Virus record (IMG/VR): IMGVR_UViG_3300025133_009393 | Length of the DNA: 64,000 nucleotides | Source of the DNA: a virus | Direction: 5' to 3' (one strand) | Part shown: one piece after another, positions 58,143 through 64,000 of the stretch | Position numbering within the stretch: the first letter of the stretch is position 1 | How the letters are laid out: the number at the start of each line of letters is the position of its first letter | Made by a program: the position numbers and the translations under genes | Notes under the pieces: model-generated | What the model was told of the DNA's origin: nothing | What the model saw: the letters and a program-made list of their open reading frames with translations, nothing else | Databases searched by the model: none

Positions 58143-58751
58143 TTATAAATTAAATGCACGAAGCATTTTTTTAGTTTCAATGATCATTCTAGTGTGCCTA
58201 GGCGTCCAGCCTCTATATTTATGACCTTCATGATCCGGATCTGCAGATCCGTTTTCAGCCCTCAATGCTATGTGTACTAATTCATGAATTAAGGCACTTT
58301 CAGATATCCTATGATGATAACCTTCCCATACCCAAATTATACTATCAGTCTCCACTAGGCCGATGATATTACGATTTTTGCATCTTTCGCCATTCAAATC
58401 ATAACCTTTTATGCCCACACGCTTTTCGGTACCCCATTTAATCATAACTTTTTCTAACATTCCTCTGATTATCATTTTTCTATCCCCAAAGTTTTCTAAC
58501 CACTGGTGATAAAAAACAAACAGCGCTAGCGCTGTTTTGTGTACTGGATAAGTTTCACAATTCGGAATTATTTGGCTAGCTTTGTTAAAATAAGGTATTA
58601 AAATCATTTGTGGAAAAGATTGATTTGGATCACACCATTTTACTTTATAAACCATTTTGTAATCATTTTTAAGGAAAATAGTTGAATTATGCGCGCTACA
58701 TGTAGTACCAAATAATACTACCATCAAACAAAGTAAAATATTTTTTTTCAT
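58143..58751 (-). CDS. Exported HExxH protein
   Basis: Signal peptide and SALIHELVH. Confidence 0.6.
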   Translation of the reverse strand: MKKNILLCLMVVLFGTTCSAHNSTIFLKNDYKMVYKVKWCDPNQSFPQMILIPYFNKASQIIPNCETYPVHKTALALFVFYHQWLENFGDRKMIIRGMLEKVMIKWGTEKRVGIKGYDLNGERCKNRNIIGLVETDSIIWVWEGYHHRISESALIHELVHIALRAENGSADPDHEGHKYRGWTPRHTRMIIETKKMLRAFNL

Positions 58752-60655
58752 TCATCTGATCCGCCTTTGCATATTTCATCAAGAATTTCCATCAAACTAG
58801 CATACATTTCTGTAGGATTATTCGTAAGTTTATACCAAGCTCCATTTCCGGAGACTGCTAAATCTTCCCATTGAGCCGCTCCAGAAGATCTAGAAAATGT
58901 ATATAATTTAAGTTGTGGTGTTCCGGAAACTGCCGATTTAACTTCTCCCAAACTCAGCTCCGGGTTTAAATAACTTTGAGGCTCCTCATCACTAAAAACA
59001 ATAATTATACGATCGGCGCCTGGTCTCCAGCTGATATCGAAATTTTGTAATGGTGGAACAGATTCTACAACGTTAGTGCCTAGGCCGATGAGGCCCTTCC
59101 AATTTAAATTAATTATCGGTTGTGGCAACGTAGCAGTGATATTGTGTACGGATATATAAACTGCATCTAAAAGCATTTCAAAAGCCGTACTCATAGATTC
59201 CATACTAGTATCCATTCCAGCCAATGAATTTAGAAAATCTGAAAATCCAATCAAATCTTGCACCATTTCTAAACGTTCATCATAAGGCCCGAAAGCTACT
59301 GGGCCGCGTATAAAAGACCATTTAATAACTTCTTCGTCGCTAAAATTTTGCGCAAATTGGTTTAAAGCAACCATAACGGCATCAATTTCATCACTCATCG
59401 ATCCAGACCAATCAACGATAAAGAGAACATCTGTCTCTTTCATTTCTTCGCCCCAATCTGCTATTCCATCACAGTCATCGTCCAAGCCATTACATATTTC
59501 TTGCTGTGGGACTACTTCATCTTTACAATAATATGGAATAAAGTTTTCATCATCGTTATAATTACCCCACGTGCCAGATTCGCAAGTCATTTCGCCAGGC
59601 AAGCATATGCCCATCAATAAAGTTCCTTCTGGGCCCGTATAGCACGCGTTGTAAAGATCTTCATCAATTTCTTGATTACAGTTGTCATCAAAATTATTAC
59701 ATTTTTCTTGTGCCAATTCCATACCAATTAAAGGATCGCATATAGCAGAAGGATCGCCGGATGGTACCCAATAACATAAAGCATAACATTCAGTCATTGC
59801 TAAATTTGTGCAGTCGGAATCTAAACATTGACAAGTTTTATATCCCTGGCCGCATATAAGAGGGTCATCTTGACATGGAAATAAAACTCCAATATCTTGA
59901 ATAGTGCATATGCAATCTAAATTTTCATCGATTTGACCGTCGCAATCATTGTCCAGGCCGTCACATATTTCATCTAATTCTGGCGCCGCGGTGCATGATA
60001 TCCAGTTACCATCATCACATATTTCATAGCCGGCGCCGCATGCTGTAACACAAGGTTGAAATAAATCTTCATCTGTAAGCCCGTTGCAATCATCATCATA
60101 TCCATTACATTCTTCTGGCGGAACGATGCCACATTCCGAACAATCGTTTAGTTGGCCTTCATCGATCTCGCCGTCGCAGTCATCGTCTTCATAATTGCAT
60201 GCTTCCTCTTCGCATGCTGTAGTACAATCTGTATATTGTATCAAGCCCTTATTACAGACTTCTTGTTGTATACCTGGATATCCATCTTCGGTTGTACATT
60301 CTATTTCATCAATTATATACTGAGTTGGATCACATTCCATGTATTGTATACATTCAGATTCAGAATACAATACTTTGGGATCTTCACAGATATTAAAGCA
60401 TATTTCTTTTCTCCAAATTTCATCCAGTGGAGGACAAAAATACCAATCACACTCTATACATTCCGGTGCTAGTGGCTCTGGCTCTGGCGTCCAGGGGACA
60501 ATTTCTGGGCCTTCATTGACGTCTCCTTCGACATCTTCTTCGTACGATACATCAGTCGATACATAGCCTGGTTGATGATCAGCGCTTAAGCAAGACAAGA
60601 CAAAGCTACTCATTATTATTAATAAAGTAGCCTTGCTTATCTGTTTCAAGTTCAT
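58748..60655 (-). CDS. Lipoprotein with Cys-rich metal-binding repeats and C-terminal VWA domain (CglB/CglD-like architecture)
   Basis: Lipobox VLSC, five E-x-C-N/D-x2-D-D/N-D/N-C-D/N-x3-D repeats, MIDAS DWSGSM and IVFSDEE. Confidence 0.8.
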   Translation of the reverse strand: MNLKQISKATLLIIMSSFVLSCLSADHQPGYVSTDVSYEEDVEGDVNEGPEIVPWTPEPEPLAPECIECDWYFCPPLDEIWRKEICFNICEDPKVLYSESECIQYMECDPTQYIIDEIECTTEDGYPGIQQEVCNKGLIQYTDCTTACEEEACNYEDDDCDGEIDEGQLNDCSECGIVPPEECNGYDDDCNGLTDEDLFQPCVTACGAGYEICDDGNWISCTAAPELDEICDGLDNDCDGQIDENLDCICTIQDIGVLFPCQDDPLICGQGYKTCQCLDSDCTNLAMTECYALCYWVPSGDPSAICDPLIGMELAQEKCNNFDDNCNQEIDEDLYNACYTGPEGTLLMGICLPGEMTCESGTWGNYNDDENFIPYYCKDEVVPQQEICNGLDDDCDGIADWGEEMKETDVLFIVDWSGSMSDEIDAVMVALNQFAQNFSDEEVIKWSFIRGPVAFGPYDERLEMVQDLIGFSDFLNSLAGMDTSMESMSTAFEMLLDAVYISVHNITATLPQPIINLNWKGLIGLGTNVVESVPPLQNFDISWRPGADRIIIVFSDEEPQSYLNPELSLGEVKSAVSGTPQLKLYTFSRSSGAAQWEDLAVSGNGAWYKLTNNPTEMYASLMEILDEICKGGSDE

Positions 60656-60670
60656 CTGTATATTACTTCC

Positions 60671-60910
60671 TCATTTATCGATCAATCCTTCTAATCGTCC
60701 CATTATTCGAATGATCTCTCGATTATCTTCTTGTATTTGTTTTATATCTGTTTTCAATTCAGTTATATCTGTTTCTATTCTTCTTACTTTTTCATCACTT
60801 GTTGTTTGTACCCAAAAAATGGTACCAGCAACACACATGACGACAGCAGCTGCGAAAGTAAACCAGTCTTTTATTTGATCAAATGTTGCCATTATTTCTC
60901 TTCCTTTCAT
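60671..60910 (-). CDS. Single-TM coiled-coil protein (holin-accessory-like)
   Basis: TM segment FAAAVVMCVAGTIFWV followed by a heptad coiled coil. Confidence 0.6.
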   Translation of the reverse strand: MKGREIMATFDQIKDWFTFAAAVVMCVAGTIFWVQTTSDEKVRRIETDITELKTDIKQIQEDNREIIRIMGRLEGLIDK

Positions 60911-61139
60911 TTCGGACTCTTCGTTTTTTCATTTTATTTTCCATTCTTCGAAGACTATTTTTTATTTCTTTTTGCTGTTTACGAATGTGATGTTTTTTAT
61001 TAATATTAATAATTTTTGTTTCGTTGTATATAGTATTAGTATTTTTAATTTCTGCAGCATATGCTAGCGTAAAAGCCAGACATGATATTGTTAACATCAT
61101 ACCGACACAAATTAAAAAATTGTTGCATCTTCTTAACAT
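60879..61139 (-). CDS. Exported basic protein
   Basis: Signal peptide ending AYA, then a Lys/Arg-rich tail. Confidence 0.55.
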   Translation of the reverse strand: MLRRCNNFLICVGMMLTISCLAFTLAYAAEIKNTNTIYNETKIININKKHHIRKQQKEIKNSLRRMENKMKKRRVRNERKRNNGNI

Positions 61140-61396
61140 TATTTAAACACCCTTTCTTTGGCTGTACTAAAAAGTTTGGGAATAAAACTTTTTTTAAGTT
61201 TCAATAATCTATCAAATTTTACTTTTTGCCTAGCGTCAGTAAAGAGTGTGATCGGCTTTTTTCGTTCACCGTCAATCAATTGCTCACTAAAATCGTAAAA
61301 TTTTGATTTAGGCTCTTTGGAGAAAGTATTAGATGCAGAAAATATAATTAACATTGCTACTGAGAAAGATAATATTAATTTAATATATTTTTTCAC
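61139..61396 (-). CDS. CglF/GltF-like gliding-motility protein
   Basis: 85 aa with signal peptide, then YDFSEQLIDGERKKP...ARQKVKFDRLLKLKKSF, which parallels my recollection of the CglF pattern DF...I.G...KP......R.......LI..R..F. Confidence 0.6.
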   Translation of the reverse strand: MKKYIKLILSFSVAMLIIFSASNTFSKEPKSKFYDFSEQLIDGERKKPITLFTDARQKVKFDRLLKLKKSFIPKLFSTAKERVFK

Positions 61397-61422
61397 CTAA
61401 CATATTTCTCCTTTTTTCTTAT

Positions 61423-61686
61423 TTATGCATCAGCCACTTTTTTTGTAATCATTAAAGATCTGGTAATTACATCAGCTTTGAGTTCTTGCATCAAATGAGA
61501 CCAATTTTCAATATCTGATTTTGTCATCTCGTCCATCATTGACCATAAAGAATCAACTTCGTCTTTCAAAGAATCATTTTGTTGTTGCATGTTTTCATTT
61601 TTCATGATAAGATATTTATTCTCCTCTACGAGAAGATCAACTTCCTCTTTAAGACTAGCAATTACTTCTTTTAATTCTTCTTTCAT
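61423..61686 (-). CDS. Coiled-coil protein
   Basis: Heptad pattern. Confidence 0.65.
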   Translation of the reverse strand: MKEELKEVIASLKEEVDLLVEENKYLIMKNENMQQQNDSLKDEVDSLWSMMDEMTKSDIENWSHLMQELKADVITRSLMITKKVADA

Positions 61687-61694
61687 ATTAATAA

Positions 61695-61862
61695 CTATTT
61701 GTCTTTTTCAATTTCATCCCAAACTTTTAACAAAGTACGACATAAATTTGTTATAATTTGATTTCTATCATGAAATATATTCAATTCTTCTGTCATTGAT
61801 ATTCTAAGTAATTTTGCTACTTCTTCTTTAGAGTAGATATCTACTTTAAAATATGGAGACAT
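61695..61862 (-). CDS. 55-aa hypothetical protein
   Basis: Not in the ORF track. MSPYFKVDIYSKEEVAKLLRISM...WDEIEKDK fills the gap and starts next to the upstream stop. Confidence 0.55.
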   Translation of the reverse strand: MSPYFKVDIYSKEEVAKLLRISMTEELNIFHDRNQIITNLCRTLLKVWDEIEKDK

Positions 61863-62234
61863 TTATGCTATTTCCTCAAATTTGTTTCCCTTTTGGCCAT
61901 CTTGCGCAGCTTCTAATGTTTCATCCAAAAGTTTAAGAGCCAGTACTGCTTCTAATATTTTCATCATCTTATTCATAACGTTATCTGCAGAGTCGACTGC
62001 ATTATTATGCAGCTGCAGGAAATCAGACGTTGACATACTCTTAAGAGGTTTGGGCCCATCTCCAGGTAATGCAATATCTTGTCCATTCGAACTAACGTTA
62101 GCGTCGATTAAATTGTTATTCGAATTATTCGAATCTCCAACGTTGATGGCTGCAGCAACATTATCTGAACTCGCTGCAGCGAGACGCCCAGCTCCAGAAG
62201 ATACGCTTACAGCGTTAACACCATCTACTTGCAT
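61863..62234 (-). CDS. Hypothetical low-complexity protein
   Basis: AAGGAG RBS and an upstream TACTATTTA motif. Confidence 0.7.
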   Translation of the reverse strand: MQVDGVNAVSVSSGAGRLAAASSDNVAAAINVGDSNNSNNNLIDANVSSNGQDIALPGDGPKPLKSMSTSDFLQLHNNAVDSADNVMNKMMKILEAVLALKLLDETLEAAQDGQKGNKFEEIA

Positions 62235-62325
62235 AAATTTCTCCTTATTATAAAATAAATAGTAATTTATATTTACTTTCGCAGACCATATATTATATTA
62301 TACCATATAAGAGAAGAAAAAAAAC

Positions 62326-62535
62326 ATGAATATAGGTGATTTAGTAAAATTAAAAGGCTTTGAATTAACAGATCCAAATGATATACCACACGGTATTATA
62401 GCTGCTAATTTTGGTCTAGGCAAATTTAAAGTAAGATGGCTTAATGATGATATTGCTGGTCGCTGGGCTTTGACACCAATAGTTTCTGCAGATAAATTAG
62501 AATTAATTAATAGCGTTAAGGTCTCAGATTCTTAA
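62326..62535 (+). CDS. Small SH3/KOW-like hypothetical protein
   Basis: MNIGDLVKL...GII...VRW pattern typical of small phage beta-barrels. Confidence 0.6.
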   Translation: MNIGDLVKLKGFELTDPNDIPHGIIAANFGLGKFKVRWLNDDIAGRWALTPIVSADKLELINSVKVSDS

Positions 62536-62818
62536 AAAGATCATCCATAAAAAATTCTTTTGTATCTTCATCCTTGGTTAAAAATATAGTATATTCCCAG
62601 ATATCAACTAAAGATCTGCCGGCTTTAGTAAAATCTTCATATCCAGATTTAAACGTATGATCATCTCTGAAAAGAGTAACAAAATAAGGCTTCATAAACC
62701 ATGGATTAGAATTTTTCATATCATCGCGATATATAAAGCCAATTGGATCTTCACTGTGATCTGGTACAATTATTTCATATTTGTTACGGCTAATTTCTTT
62801 ATATCTAATTTTCTTCAT
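62516..62818 (-). CDS. Hypothetical protein
   Basis: Start probably at MKKIRY. Confidence 0.55.
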   Translation of the reverse strand: MKKIRYKEISRNKYEIIVPDHSEDPIGFIYRDDMKNSNPWFMKPYFVTLFRDDHTFKSGYEDFTKAGRSLVDIWEYTIFLTKDEDTKEFFMDDLFKNLRP

Positions 62819-62850
62819 TGCGTTATTAACTAGTATATCATATATATAAC

Positions 62851-63054
62851 ATGGTGAAAATAACAGAATATAAATTGGGTGAATTAGTTGAATTAACAAC
62901 TCAAATAAGAAAACCCAGGCTTAAAGGAATTATAATCGAAAAGCTAGGTTATAATAAATCTTTAAATGATTTTGTATATTTGGTATTTTGTTTTTCTTTT
63001 AAACCACCAAAGAAAATTAAGTGGACTCACAAGTCAATTAGAAAAATTTCATAA
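62851..63054 (+). CDS. Small SH3/KOW-like hypothetical protein
   Basis: YKLGELVEL...KGIIIE...YLV pattern, similar to 62326..62535. Confidence 0.5.
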   Translation: MVKITEYKLGELVELTTQIRKPRLKGIIIEKLGYNKSLNDFVYLVFCFSFKPPKKIKWTHKSIRKIS

Positions 63055-63163
63055 ATAATTATTTTTTTAGGAATTTAGAAAGTCTTATGTATACATACTA
63101 TTAGAGGTGCGTAAAGTTTTACGCACTTCGTGTAGCTACCGTCTTTCGATAGGAGGAAAGCCA

Positions 63164-63256
63164 ATGGGTTGGTTTATCTTCGGTACAGTTGTAGGTGTAT
63201 GGAGCCACCATGTATATCACCATCTTACCGAGCCAAGTTACAAGTTTTATGACTGA
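63164..63256 (+). CDS. 30-aa hydrophobic microprotein
   Basis: Not in the ORF track. AGGAGG RBS, then MGWFIFGTVVGVWSHHVYHHLTEPSYKFYD. Confidence 0.55.
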   Translation: MGWFIFGTVVGVWSHHVYHHLTEPSYKFYD

Positions 63257-63353
63257 TCAATAAGAGATTGCTTCTAGAGGGCCGGCCACACTTTCGTAGC
63301 TTCTTAAGTTCTTCTTTAATAATCTGTTTTAATTGATCTTTTGTGATTTTCAT
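63225..63353 (-). CDS. 42-aa ORF that is mostly leader motif B
   Basis: Not in the ORF track. MKITKDQLKQIIKEELKKLRKCGRPSRSNLLLISHKTCNLAR, with an AGGA RBS. Confidence 0.55.
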   Translation of the reverse strand: MKITKDQLKQIIKEELKKLRKCGRPSRSNLLLISHKTCNLAR

Positions 63354-63363
63354 CTGTTAATTC

Positions 63364-63990
63364 CTATTCTCGATTTCCGTAATGACGCAACTGACGCTCT
63401 TTGCTTGAACCAACTGGCGCTGCTTTAGGCATATTAAAGGCTTCTACGTCCGTTTCTGCCGTTTCTGGTTTTTTAGTACCGATAGCAGCCTGTTTAGCTA
63501 AATATTCTAGCTTTGCAGCTAGGTCATATTGGTTCTCGCCATATTGCAGGTCCAGCAATTCCCCAACAGCTTCTAATACTTCGGCTGTCTTTTTCTCTGC
63601 TCGCGCGGTAACATCGAACATGTTAGGAGAATGCCCAACTTCTGATGCTGGTGTACCAGAAGGAGTTCCTGTTATAAAATCAGTACCGGCGACCGGTCGC
63701 GTACCTTCAATTGTCAGTTGAAACTCTTCCTTAATAATTTGTTCTAATTGTTTTTTTGTGAATCCTTCTGGGGCACTACTTGCCAGCCCATCATGCATAT
63801 CCTGTACAGACATTACAGAATCCTCATCATCTTCTATCAGATTAGCTAATTCTTCTTTAATAATCTGTGTTAGTTGTTGTTTTGTAATATTCTTTTTATT
63901 TTCGAAGAGACTTCCAGTCGTAACGTCTCTTAAGGAATATTGCCTTAATTTCATAGCATATTTTTCAACTTTATCATTTACTCTCTGCAT
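63364..63990 (-). CDS. Protein with two internal copies of leader motif B
   Basis: KNITKQQLTQIIKEEL and GFTKKQLEQIIKEEF. Confidence 0.7.
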   Translation of the reverse strand: MQRVNDKVEKYAMKLRQYSLRDVTTGSLFENKKNITKQQLTQIIKEELANLIEDDEDSVMSVQDMHDGLASSAPEGFTKKQLEQIIKEEFQLTIEGTRPVAGTDFITGTPSGTPASEVGHSPNMFDVTARAEKKTAEVLEAVGELLDLQYGENQYDLAAKLEYLAKQAAIGTKKPETAETDVEAFNMPKAAPVGSSKERQLRHYGNRE

Positions 63991-64000
63991 AATTAGATTT

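Noticed and set aside
61832-61845. 14-bp palindrome AGTAGATATCTACT
   Set aside because: Single copy inside a small ORF with no second site noticed. Not enough to call an operator.
1-64000. Stop-codon reassignment
   Set aside because: Code 11 gives full-length, tightly packed genes including a 3497-aa ORF, and TAA, TAG and TGA all end genes.

Overview
The window looks like part of a large lytic myovirus (jumbo-phage-like) genome. It is AT-rich, gene-dense, read in the standard code, and almost entirely on the minus strand. From left to right: (1) 1-17.3 kb is a baseplate/tail block (gp6-like wedge, gp25, a 3497-aa protein, a spike-like protein and a gp5-like OB-fold/SGNH/GH25-like enzyme). 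(2) 17.3-19 kb holds a sigma-factor-like gene and small ORFs. (3) 19-38.8 kb is a 20-kb glycan cluster with three NeuB-type nonulosonate synthases, three GT42/Maf-like transferase domains, NeuA, PseB, GNAT/PIG-L/formyltransferase, methyltransferases, three GT4 domains and Gmd. (4) 38.8-45.5 kb has a PD-(D/E)XK nuclease, PIN-PhoH, a protease, SpoU and a complete tmRNA with its own promoter. (5) 45.5-58 kb and 63-64 kb encode proteins sharing two short leader motifs (MKLLFENWRKYL-x-E and MxITKxQLxQIIKEE) that resemble capsid-targeting signals, among nucleotide-processing enzymes. (6) 58-61.4 kb is an envelope-protein cluster with a Cys-repeat/VWA lipoprotein and a CglF/GltF-like protein, pointing to a Myxococcota/Bdellovibrionota-type host. 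The best candidates for new biology are the leader-tagged head-cargo system, the gliding-adhesin-like module and the modular nonulosonic-acid pathway. All family calls come from motifs recognised by eye; no database searches were run.
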